A DNA stretch of 64,000 nucleotides from Vitrella brassicaformis CCMP3155 (taxonomy: Eukaryota > Protista > Chromerida): contig CDMY01000294.1 of NCBI GenBank assembly GCA_001179505.1, positions 67,350 through 131,349 of the forward strand, written 5' to 3'. Shown in pieces: positions 1 through 15,715 of the stretch; position 1 is the stretch's first letter, and each line of letters starts with the position of its first letter. Under the pieces are notes generated by a model. The model did not search any database, was not told the DNA's origin, and was given only the letters and a program-made list of their open reading frames with translations. Both the position numbers and the translations under genes were made by a program.

Positions 1-1866
1 ACACACTGTCAGTCAGCTTTTGTTTCTCGTTCGCTCTCACATCCCATCCGCCCACGGACCCACCCCATTCTTGCTTGTTGCCTGTCTGTCGTCTCTTTGC
101 ATGCCATTAATGCATGTGACGAGCACAGAGGACGGACAGGGGATCATATCATGCAAGAGGCATGGTATCGTCTGCACAAGGCAGGCAAGGCCGCATTTTT
201 GTAAACAGGGGCAGTGTGGCGCACGGACGGGTGGACGGATGATAGGTGTGACGGATGATAGGTGTGCACAGACAGACAGCCTATTTTTGGATGGATGGAT
301 GGATGGGTGGCACCTCGTGAGGAACTGAGCGCATTGAGGGAGTGCAGTGAGCTGAAGGGAATCTCCGTTTTGCTGCCGTGCCTGTTGCTGTCGTTGGGTG
401 CCCTCGGTCATGTCCATCCTTGTGACCTCCCCTGTGTGGCATCGATCGTTGCCACATATGGTGAGGATGCGTGGAGGGAGATGACTGCGGCGCCCCACAG
501 ACAGAACAGCATGGACACGCACTCCTCTTCGACAGGCGTGGGTCGGTAGCCAGTGGTCTCCTCGAATTAGCTGAAATGGTGTGTTGCCTGCTGTCTTCAT
601 CTTCCTCGGCACATCTGTGCTTCCGTGGTGGTCAGACCAGCCGTCATGGGTATGCGTGTGCTGACGTGGTCGAAGACAGCCGGCAACACCAGGGATGACG
701 AGGACAGGCAGGCCACAAGAGGGAGGAAGGGAGCTCACGTGTGCTTACGAATTCACGACTGCATTCTGCTCTCTCTGTCCATCCATTCATCCATCCATGC
801 GATGCCATGCCATCCCATGCCATGCCATGCCATCCGTGCACCCACCCATTTTGAGGCGCCACGTCAGTCATGTCATGCATACCACCATCTCTCTCTCTCT
901 CTCTCTCCCCCAGACGGCAATTAATGTTCACCCCCCTCTCCCTCCCCCCATACCCCATACACACACACACATCTATTATGCGGATGGGGTGACCCATGTG
1001 GTTGGTTGTACAGACCTTTTCTCCTAGGCAGTGTGGCATGGGTGGGCGTCCTGTCTGTCGTCTGTGGAAATTCGGTTCTATGCTTTGGCTCGGCTCGGTT
1101 GTGACTGACGATTTGATTGATTGAGCTGAGCTAGAAAACACTCAACACTCCCGACGATTTTTGCACGTGGGGTGGGTGAGGTCACTGGCGCACGCCCGGA
1201 TGGCTGACGCTCGGTGTTTATGTCACGTGTGCGTGTGTGATGTGTGGTGTGGTGTGTGTGGGGTGATGCGATGCACTCATGGGGACCAATTGACTCACTC
1301 GTCAAGGCTTCATTTGGCAGCAGAGTGAGCGAATTCCATGTCACGTGGCTGTGCCCGCCCCTGCAGTGCTTCGCCGTTCGTGGCAGTGGCGGGCAGGTGG
1401 TGGAAAACAGCTTCCTCGCATTCGTCCCGTCCGCTGGGCGCATAATCAGTCAGGCATTTGCAGACAAGTTGAGCGACAAGTTGACCATGGTCCTTCCCTC
1501 TCCTCTGGCTATCGACCGACAGGACACCAACTGCCCACACATATTCACATGCATATCTACAAGCAACAGGTAGGCAAGCTACACACCTACCTACCTGCCG
1601 GTCAGTTGCCTCTCTCCCTCCCTCCCTGCGTTGCTTTCCTCATGAATATGTCTGCATCATTCACACGCATGTACGGTACGCACAAGTCAGTCAGTGGGTC
1701 CCCGTCAGTCAGTCATACATACGCACACACGAGCCACGCTCACACGGATCCACCAAGCCAAGGTAGTCAGTCGGCCAGATGAAGCGACTCGCATCACACC
1801 ACCATCTGTCCACATCCACCGGATATCAGATCTCTGTCCACCCATCCATCCACGGCGTCTCTCTTA

Positions 1867-4800
1867 TCACGTGGGGGCCGTCGGCTCTGTGCGCACCCTG
1901 CAGGCACAAGCCAATTATTCACAGCACATGCAGGTCGTATGTGTGCGGGTCGGCCTCCTTCCTTTTCTGACTCATTCATTTATCGGCCTGGGTGGGGTGC
2001 ATTGACTGACGTACCTTGCGCCAGCACGGCTCTCCTCCTTGCCCTTCTTGCCTCCCCTCGACACAGCCAGCATGTTCTCTCTGATGAAGTCACGCTTCGG
2101 CTGCGGCCTGGGTTGGCCAGCGGCCCCTCCCAAGTGCTGCTGCGATGGCACGCGAGCAGGGGTCCGCGGCGCAGGACGCTCTGTCCGAGCCGGAGGCTGC
2201 TTGGGGGCGGGCCGCTTGGCCTTCGTGGCAGTGGTGGTACGCGGCTTGGCGGGTGTGATGTGCTTGGGGCGACCCGGAGCTCGAACAGGAGACGCAGGGG
2301 ACTTCAGTGCTGTCTCGATCTCCTGCTGCCGAGCCGACTCACAGGGGCTATTCCGCTCCTCCGGCTCCGAGCGCCCCACATGCCCGTGCAGCCGCATGAA
2401 CGCACCACTTAGGTGACGTATGGTGGCCGTGCGGAGGGTGGATCGGACAGCAACAGCGCCAGCGCGACGCAGGGTGGCCCTCTCCTTCGCTCGCTGCTTC
2501 AGGACGGCCTCTGCAGTGGCCCGCCACCAGCACGCCACACCACGGCGGAGCTCGGCGCGTTCGATTGGGCGAATAAGGCGGTCGAGGACATTTCGCTGCA
2601 ACGCGCGTGCCGCAGCTGTCTTGTGCCAGGCGTGGAGCAGCTCGTGCGTCAGCTGGCGGGCCGCCCTCCGACGCTTCGCTGCAACGCGCCAGATGACCAA
2701 GTGGCAACGGAGAGTAGCAGAGCTTCGGGCCACCTGACATGCAAAGGTAACACAAACATATGGCGCACAGATGTGTGTTGTGTCCCTCGCTGGTTTGCCT
2801 CGCTCACTGACCTGGTGCCACTTCTGATGCGCCTGCCTCAGGACGGCCAGCTGCACAGTCGTCTGCAGCCTCTGCGCCGCCTCGCGCCACGCAAGCGGTT
2901 TCTTCAGTTCTGGCATGGCGAGCTGGTACGAGTGAAGTCGGATGGCTTTCCTGAGATCGACAATGACAAATTGCAGCGACACAGGTATACACATACTCAC
3001 TCACTCGGTAGAGTTGAGGATCTTGCAGGCTCTGATGGCCTTCCTGCGCTTGACAGCCATGTCCCAGGCGACAACAGCTCGCCTCAGCAGGGCAAGTTCA
3101 GCTGACACACAGACAAGACACACACGCCGATGGATAGGACATCCACACCACCGACAGACGGCGCACCGTTACTTTCCCCTGCTCTCTCCCTCTCTGTTTC
3201 TCTCACCCACCAGTGGTGATTTCTTCCATAGCAGCAGCGGCACGGCGAATGCCCTCCCACATTGGGGTGCGGCTGAATCCGTCCAGGAAGCGCTCTGGCG
3301 AGGGTGGCTGGATCAACGAGGGGGGGCTGGGCGGCCGACGCAGCTCGACGGCCATCTTGTCGAGCCTCTCCTGGTACTCGTCGATCTCCCTCTGCCGCTC
3401 CATCTCCAGACGCTCCCGCTCGAACCGCTCGAGCGCACTAGGGGCCCATGTGGGCGACAGGCAGACACAGGATGGGCCTTCCTCTCCCTCTCCGTCTCCC
3501 ACTGTATCATCGTCTTGAGGCAGTGCCAAGCCAGGAGGGCGGCGCTTCTTGTACCCCGCCGATGCATTCGTGTCGTCGCCATCCGCCAGCAGCGGCCCTT
3601 TTGCCTTGGTCAGCCTCTCAGCGAGCAGGTCCTTGAGCGACCCGGGCGTGAAGCTGATGCACTGACGCATGGGGTCATCGTCTACACATGCGCCGCCGCG
3701 AGGACTCAAGGGGGCGGGAGAAGGAACGTAGTCCTCCTGGGATGCGCTGCAGCCCTGCAACATCCCCAGTGGATTCGGTCCGCGACTGAAGGGCTCTCGC
3801 GTCGTGGGGCCGTTTGATGTATGCCGGGGGCTGCGGAGAGCGGGCGACAGTGCCAATGGCGACGAGGCCAAGGGAGTGGGGGCAAAGGGAGATGACGGGA
3901 AGCGAGAGTCATGGAAGAGGTCGCCCTGCTCTCCTGTGTCCACTCGACCGACGTGCTTGCCCGCCACTGCACTTATGTGCTTGCAGGGCAGCTCACTCTG
4001 GCGCAGCCGCAGAGGCGACATCACCGTATCAACTGCATGACGACACAATGCAGACACCGCAGGCAATGCATGGATTGTGTCCATGGGATTGTGTGTCGGT
4101 CGCCTTGATTGTGTGGCTGGCCTCGCACCCGTGGCTACCTTTTGGCGATGCACTGTCGTCGCCATCCGCCAGCAGCGGCCCTTTTGCCTTGGTCTCAGCG
4201 AGCAAGTCCTTGAGCGACCCGGGCGTGAAGCTGATGCACTGACGCATGGGGTCATCGTCCACACATGCGGCGCCGCGAGGACTCAAGGGGGCGGGAGAAG
4301 GCAGGCAGTCCTCCTGCGATGCGCTGCAGCCCTGCAACATCCCCAGTAGCTTCGTTCCGCGACTGAAGGGCTCTCGCGTCGTGGAGCCCTTTGGTGTGTG
4401 CCGGGGGCTGCGGAGAGCGGGCGACAGTGCCAATGGCGACGAGGCCAAGGGAGTGGGGGCAAAGGGAGATGACGAGAAGCGAGAGTCATGGAAGAGGTCG
4501 CCCTGCTCTCCTGTGTCCACTCGACCGACGTGCTTGCCCGCCACTGCACTTATGTGCTTGCAGGGCAGCTCACTCTGGCGCAGCCGCAGAGGCGACATCA
4601 CCGTATCAACTGCATGACGACACAATGCAGACACCGCAGGCAATGCATGGATTGTGTCCATGGGATTGTGTGTCGGTCGCCTTGATTGTGTGGCTGGCCT
4701 CGCACCCGTGGCTACCTTTTGGCGATGCACTGTCGTCGCCATCCGCCAGCAGCGGCCCTTTTGCCTTGGTCTCAGCGAGCAAGTCCTTGAGCGACCCGGG

Positions 4801-5755
4801 CGTGAAGCTGATGCACTGACGCATGGGGTCATCGTCCACACATGCGGCGCCGCGAGGACTCACGGGGGCGGGAGAAGGCAGGTAGCCCTCCTGGGATGCG
4901 CTGCTGTCCCCCTGCAACATCCTCAGTAGTTTCGTTCCGCGACTGAAGGCCTCTCGCGTCGTGGGGCCGTTTGGTGTGTGCCGGGGGCTGCGAAGAGCGG
5001 GCGACCGTGCCAATGGCGATGAGGCGAACGGGGAAAGCGGAGATGGCGGGAAGCGAGAGTCATGGAAGAGGTTGCCCTGTTCTCCCGTGTCCCCTCGACC
5101 GACGTACTGCTTGCCCGCCACCGCACTTATGTTCTTGCAGGGCAGTTCGCTCTGGCGCAGACGCGACATCACCGTATCAACTGCACGAGGACACAATACA
5201 GACACAGCAAGCCAAGCAATGCATCGTTGGTGTGTCGGTCGCTTTGATTGTGTGGCTGGCCTAGCACCCGTGGCTACCTTTTGGCGATCCCCATGCCGTC
5301 GTGGCATTACAGGCGTCAGCCAGGTCAAAAGTGGTCCTGGTGGCATGCCGTCCGCCGTCCGCCAGCAGCGGCCCTTTTGCCTTTGCCTCAACGAGCAGGC
5401 CCTTGAGCGACCCGGGCGTGAAGCTGATGCGCTGACGCATGCGGTCATCGTCCACACATGCGGCGCCTCGAGGACTCACGGGGGCGGGAGAAGGCAGGTA
5501 GTCCTCCTGGGATGCGCTGCTGTTCTCATCGATTTGCCCGAGTTGCTGCCCGCCAATAAGCCCCGCTGCGGCCAGCCGGGCCTTTAGCTCCCCAACCACC
5601 GTCTGGCGAACGGCTTGCTTCCGCAGTCGGCTCATTGTGCTGGACGAGATGGAAACCTCCGATCCCTCCTCACTGTCGCTCCCTGACGTGACGATGTCAT
5701 CAAATGCACCGCCTTTGCGAGGACAGGCGAGAGCGGCTTCAGCTGCTGAAGAAGT
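1867..5755 (-). CDS. Multi-exon hypothetical protein: Ser/Pro-rich tandem-exon repeats followed by a helical Trp-periodic (Sfi1-like) region; 5' end uncertain
   Basis: Frame-consistent exons 5755-5278, 5180-4716, 4609-4139, 4032-3211, 3101-~3004, then ORF 1972..3000 segments and a last exon 1897-1867 (RVRTEPTAPT*), with GT-AG boundaries. May continue upstream into the 5901-6703 gene. Confidence 0.6.
3560..5520. repeat. Tandem exon+intron repeat, ~580-620 bp unit, about 3.3 copies
   Basis: Block gtcgccatccgccagcagcggcccttttgcctt recurs near 3575, 4160, 4737 and 5355. The ORF track shows near-identical peptides in 3203..4264, 4029..4841 and 4606..5457. Confidence 0.95.
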
Positions 5756-5900
5756 CTGCGGGTATCGTGTCTCTCGGTGCGCTATGGTTTGACCACACAC
5801 GGCATTGAACACTTCCCCAGTGATGCACCAAACACCACACGGATGCAATCGATGCACATAACATATTTCTCTGGCCCCTTTGTGCTCTGTGCTCATTAGC

Positions 5901-6703
5901 TTACAGTCCGCTGCCGAGTTTCCCGTTCATCTGGTACATGTCATTGATATCGTTGACCGACTGGATCAGTGTCGGCTCCCTGCGATACGGCGTGTGCATG
6001 CTGCTGGCAGTGCTGTTGGGCGAGTCGCCTGCACTGCCTGGAGAGGGGTAGGGCGGGGGAGGGGGGAAGGGCGACACTGGCGGCACACTGAAGGGATGGG
6101 ACACATTTGGGGGGACGGTGGGGGGGAGGCCAAAGGGGCCGTGGGCGAAGAACAGCGGCTCACACGGCTGGAGAAAGGACGACGGCTGAGGTTGGTGGTG
6201 CTGTTGGTCAGGGAGAGCCGGGTATGAGGGAGCCCTTGGGCTGCTGGCCTGCATGGGCGCCTCTGGGCCGCTGGGCGCGAAGGGTCCGCCCTGGGCTCCG
6301 CCGGCGGGCGTCATCCCAGGCGGCGCCATGATGGGCATGGTGATGGTTGTGAGTGGGTTGTGTCTGATCGATCAACGAAAAGCGTTGCCCCTCCTTGATG
6401 GCATGTCCTTACAGCGCAGCACACGCATCAGCAAAAGTCCAAGTCATTACACAAGTCCACTTACACTTACAGCGAACTCCTTGGGCTGCTGGGCTGCATC
6501 GGTGCAGGTCCGTTGGGCGCGAAGGGTCCGCCCTGGGCTCCGCCTGCCGCTAAAGTGAGTGGAGAGGTAGACGGTGGGCTGCTGGACATGTTGGTCTTGT
6601 GAGAATTGTTGTGGCTGCAACCATTTGAGGTTCCTCCACTGCCAGGAGGAACGGCTGGCTGACTTGGGCCGACCTGACGCGACGACGGGGCGGATGTGGC
6701 CAT
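5901..6703 (-). CDS. Pro/Ser-rich low-complexity hypothetical protein (two exons)
   Basis: ORF 6467..6766 (MATSAPSS from 6703) splices via CT|gtaagt to ag|A CAC in frame with ORF 5901..6338. No recognisable domain. Confidence 0.4.
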
Positions 6704-7221
6704 TGCAGCCGCAATCAACAGCCTGGTGGAAGCCCCCAAACCGAGTTCCGATTTACAAGGACACACGCTGAGACGCCCACAAGGGGAGCTGAGCTGACCG
6801 GGACGAAGGCCGGCAATCTAAGTCGCTTCTTGTCTGGTGCCTCCTTGTTCTGCTCCTCGGTCAGATAAGGTGAGTATGAAGACACCTTCTGACGAAGGAA
6901 CAGACCGGTGCGCATTGCGAAGAGGAAACCGTTTCCCCCAGCCAGAATCATGTATGTATGTATGTACATGCATCATCCATCAGGGTTCCACCAGGCAGAT
7001 AGACAGCTGCCGGCCACGCGATTTGGGCGGCAGGCACTGAAATACCGATATCTCTGACAAACCAACAAACAAACAAACGTACGTGTGCACAAGAACAACA
7101 AATGCACTCACTCACTCAGTCAATCTCTCGGCATGTATTGCACATTGATAGCTAGGGCATTCACTTGTGGGTAATTACATCCATCCACTCATACACACAC
7201 AGATGTACGTACGCTATCCAT

Positions 7222-9941
7222 TCAGAAGCACCACGGCACTTTCTCGCGCAGTTCGCAAATCTTGTCAGTGAGCCCAAAGGCATCCTTGAGGGCAGTAATC
7301 TCCTCCTGCACACAGACAGACAGAAGCACCCCACACCAACCATACACAGAAGCTCGGTGGGCTCGCCCCTCACTCCGCTCGGTGTGCACCAACTAACCGC
7401 AGTGCCGACGTGATAGATGCCGCCCTCGAAGCCTTCCTCCTTCTCCCTCGGCCGCTCCAGCTTGGCCTCATGGTCGTTGATCAGCCGCTGGGCCTCCTCT
7501 TCGGTCCACCTGGCTGCATTCATCATATCAATCATGTAACATAGCAACCGTGTATGTAAGCAACCATACAACAGACTATGACTATGACTACGGCTTACGT
7601 CCACTGGGCTGCTGTCTCTGATTGCGGGCCTTGCGGCTCCTGATGTTGCCACTGCAGACAAGACATCCAATCCAACAAACAGCACCACACCACACCCACA
7701 CACCAACACGAAAGTCATGCCGGCCTGTCTGTGTACTTCGTTGGTTCTCATGGTTGGTAGGGTATGTACCCACATCACATACATGCACTGGGCGGTGTCG
7801 CGGTCCAAGAAGATGATGGCTACCTCGCTCGGGCCAAGCCTACCGAACCATCGGATGGGATGACACACATGCCTGCCTGCCCCACTCACTCACCCCGCCC
7901 TTCCTGGCAGCTCTCCTTACTTACCCGCACTTCTCGCCGATAGCTGTCCACTCGCGTCGCTCAGCTGCGGTGAAGTTGACTCGATCAACCACCACCTGAT
8001 GCCGCACCCTCCGGTCAGACAGCAGCTCACGCACCCCTGAACAAACACGACACATACAAGTCAATCCATCCACCCATCCGTCCGGCCCGCCGGCCGGTGT
8101 TTGTGTGTCTTGTCGTCCAGAAGACCCTCACCCACTTTCTTGGCACTGCTGGAGAGTCTTGAGTCTGTCGCCGACGGTGACGGTCCTCCACTCACGCTCA
8201 GCCAACTTGCGGGCTATGAAGGTCTTGCCTGGCGAGGGACACACACAGAGAGAGAGTCGTCGAGAACCAGCCGAGATACACACATCTCGCTCGACGCATC
8301 CAATAATCCAATCCGCGTACCCGATCCTGGTTTGCCCATGAGCAGCAGCAGGCGTATCTTCTGTGTCTGCCTGTGGTTGAGCAGCAGCTGCTTGTCGCCA
8401 TCCTCGAGCCACTCGGGGGGCGGCTCCGTCGGCTCCCTGTACGTGTGCCGCCACTCAGGCACCCCACCCTCTGCAGCTGCAGCTGCTGAGCTGGAACTCG
8501 ACGGCACCGCCGCAGCAGCGGCAGCGGCAGCAGCGGCAGCGGCAGCAGCACTCTCGCCGTTCTCCTGTCTGTCCTCGATGACACTCCGCCTCAGCGCCTC
8601 CTGGATCACGATCTCATGATGCTTCGCCTCCTCCTCGTCCATCAGATTGCTGCCCGTGCTCGGCCGACTCGATCCACCACCACTGTTGCCGCGAGACCTC
8701 CCGCCCGAGTTGTTAGCGGCCGCCCCACCAGCAGCGGCAGCAGCTGCTGGTGGGGGTGGGGGCGGGGGAGGTTGCCGTGGAGCAGCGGACGGTAGAGCAG
8801 GGAAGGGGTCGTCGTCTGGTGCGACGACGGGCTGTTGGCGCCTGGACCGGGTGTTGTTCTTGTTGGCTGGCCGGAGTGCGGGGGGGATTGGCATGGGTTG
8901 CTTGGTGCCTTTGGTGACCTTGTCGCGCGCCTGTGGGGGGTGGGCTTGGGGCTGTGGCCTGGGGGCAGGGGCAGGTGGCTCCTCGTCGTCGAGCGACCCG
9001 TTGCACTTGACACACTTGACAGCGTCGATCTTGTTGTGATGCCTGATGGACCAAGAAACAGACAGAGAGGAAACAGACAATCCTGACACCCTCCCTCTCT
9101 GCGCAGAGTGGTGCTCACTGAACTCACTTGCATCTGTCACACTCGATGAACGGGATGCCGTCCTGCTCACGTGTCTGTGAATCGAGCAGCATGGCCTCGT
9201 AGTCTTCGTAGTCACCAGGGTCGGCATACAGAGGGAGGCCCTCCTCCTGCTGCTGCTGCTGTTGGTGTTGGTGGTGTTGGTGGTGTTGGATGCCATTGGA
9301 GCGGCTCTGTGGGGGAGGGATAGGGGGCGGGGGAGGGGCGTGATGGCCATTCAAGAGGGCGGGTGAAGCAGCAGGGGGGCCACTGCAGCAAGGGAGGGCA
9401 AAGGCAGACAGTACCCATGACATGTGTTGGTCACTGTCTGCGCGGGTAGGTCACCTGTTGCTGCTGGCGGTGGATGGGATGGCTCCAGGCATGGCCGGGG
9501 GAGGCTGGGGCGGCAGCCTCAGGACAGCCTCACACATCTCACACCTGCATTGCAGCACACCAAACAACACGCACGCGCCACAGATCACGTCCATCGGGTG
9601 ACCTGTCTTGTCTGTGCCACAGCTCACTTCTCGTTCCGATATGGGTTAAGGAAGGTGCATCTGAGGCAGCGCTTCTCAGTGCCCTCGATTCGACACGTCA
9701 CCTCCTCACCAGACGCATCACCTCCAGCAGCAGCAGGGGCAGCGGAGCCGGTCCACCGACTCGAGGACGATGGAGCGGCCGCATTCGCCTTGGCAGACGG
9801 CTTCTTGGTTCTGCTGGTCGGTCTGACGTGCTCGGCTGCTCCTGCGTCGCCCTGATCCTCCCGTGGGTTATTGCACCTCTCGCAATAAGGCAGAAAATCC
9901 GAATTCCTGAACCCGCAGAAGCTGCAGTCCCAGGTCGCCAT
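7222..9941 (-). CDS. Protein with three RanBP2/NZF-type zinc fingers and a C-terminal AAA_33/polynucleotide-kinase-like P-loop domain
   Basis: WDCSFCGFRNSDFLPYCERC; CLRCTFLNPYRNEK|CEMC; ECDRCK|HHNKIDAVKCVKC. Spliced Walker A LLLMGKPGSG|KTFIARKL, then VVVDRVNFTAAERREW. Stop at 7222. Confidence 0.75.
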
Positions 9942-10005
9942 CGCGGCGATGCTGTTCGGTGCCGGTGCTCTTCCCTCAAAAGTCAAATGAGTGTCCGTCA
10001 AACCG

Positions 10006-10028
10006 CTAGGGTGTCACCTGAAACCGCT
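10006..10028 (+). promoter_or_regulatory. Conserved 23-bp promoter motif, copy 1 (CTAGGGTGTCACCTGAAACCGCT)
   Basis: Lies between the divergent starts at 9941 and 10163; matches copies at 28576, 47672 and 62224. Confidence 0.7.
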
Positions 10029-10162
10029 ACTGCCAGCGAGGAGCTGCGGTTGGCGACCGTCTTGTCTTGTTTGGAGTTTTTGACGCTTTCCACGTGACTA
10101 GAGGCAACCTGTGCTCTTGCCCTTTCGTTGACTAGCCGTCTGGTGCCTCCGCTCGCTTCAGC

Positions 10163-13999
<3,837 letters not shown>

Positions 14000-15715
14000 C
14001 TGACCAACCTGACTACCTTCCTACCGACCGCCCAAGAACCATGTCGCCATGCATGTGATGTGCTCGGATGGATGGATGGTTGGTTGGACGGATGGCTGTG
14101 TGTGTGTGTGTGCGAGTGAGGGTCTGTGCACTGCATGCGCACTCATTCATTCATGTTCGTTCGTCTGTATGGCCAGTGAGTGCAGTGGCGTGTACAGGTT
14201 GAGAGGGAGGGAGGGAGGGAGCTAGTCAGTCAGCAACTAGCCCACGTAGCACTCACTACACACTCTGACACTATCAAATCGACGGACTGTTGGAGCAAGG
14301 AAGGAGCAATGGCGGCTGGCTGGCCGCCCTGGCCGGCTGGTCGAACACCGTTTTGACGACTGACTCACACAGACAGACAGCGATCAACGCTTCTCGATTT
14401 TGGCACACAAGGGGCGGCGGCGGCGGCGGGTGTGGATGTTTTGCATTGCATGCATGCCATTTATTTCTGGTCGTGGCGTTTGAATGATTAATGCCTGTGT
14501 GTGTGTGTCAACGCCTGTCTGGATGGATGGATGGGCCAAAGTGGGCTTCTGTGTACGACTCACTGACTGACTGGCTGACGGCTGACTCGACCGACTGGCT
14601 GGCTGGCTGGCTGGCTGCGTGTGCGTGTGTGGACTCACTACTCAATTGATGGATTCCTGCCATGCCATGTGTGTGTGGGTGTCGTGTCCTTCATGATGCA
14701 TGAGTGACAATCAAGTTTTCTTTCTGAGTGCATTGCAATCAGCCCAACCAACAAAGGTCTTCCGTTCCGTTCCGTAACACACACAACACTCACACGCACA
14801 GGTCATGTATGCATGTCATATCGGTCAGCCCAACTAACTAATGCGAGTCGAGTCTCCAGCGAGTGTGGTCCGAAGAAGCGTCCAGCTGCGGCCTGCACAC
14901 ACACATCACGCAACCAGGCACCCATGTACCCACGACATCGATATCGGTGCGGCTCATCCCTCTCCTGACGCGGCCTCAGCATTCTGACACACTCGCGTCG
15001 GCGCTACGCAGCAGATAGATCTTGGCGTGGATCTTGATGCTGCATCAACCAGCCCTGTCAAGGGCCTTCTGCTTGGTCTTCTCACCCATCGTCGCCCTCA
15101 TCATCGGCCATCTCCTGGATGTCATGGCGATGCCTCATCGTATCGACAAAGGAGAGATCCGCATCTCATCTCGTGCAGGACAAAGACGGGCCTCTCGGCT
15201 GCTGGCAAGCACAGGGGGGATTCATCCCACCGGTTCCGGCCATCCGATCTCGTCAGCCATCACCGACGCGAGATCTGTGTTGACCTATGCAAATTCTCAA
15301 CCTCTTGCGATTGTCGACTGTGCTCGAACAGGATCACTTCTATAGTGTTTCCAACAGTTCTCCACCACAGCGACAGACCAACTCATCACCCATGACGATG
15401 AGCTATGCTTCCCGCCCGATGGGACTCTATGGTCTGCCTCGCGAGAGGCACAACCGTGATGACCCACACGGCTTCGGTCGTGACGGGCTGTGGAAGGATC
15501 TGAATGGGACCAAAATGACGAAAAGCAGTCTGACACAGCCTCGGCTTTTGCTATTACCGAGTTCGACGCACATGACACACGAATGCAACTTCGGTTGTTT
15601 CAGAATGAATGCACTGACACTGACTGTCAAGACGATCACACGTGTCAGACAGGCGGCCACACACGCGACCGACGTTGAATTCATCGACAGACACAGGACA
15701 GACACGGCACCCTGG

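Noticed and set aside
1-1600. Several 100-230 aa ORFs on both strands and possible minus-strand exons
   Set aside because: No domain and no consistent spliced model; many ORFs run through microsatellites.
14850-15620. Coding-looking, microsatellite-poor stretch between DDX5 and COG7
   Set aside because: All frames are interrupted and no motif is recognised; it may be UTR or a decayed gene.
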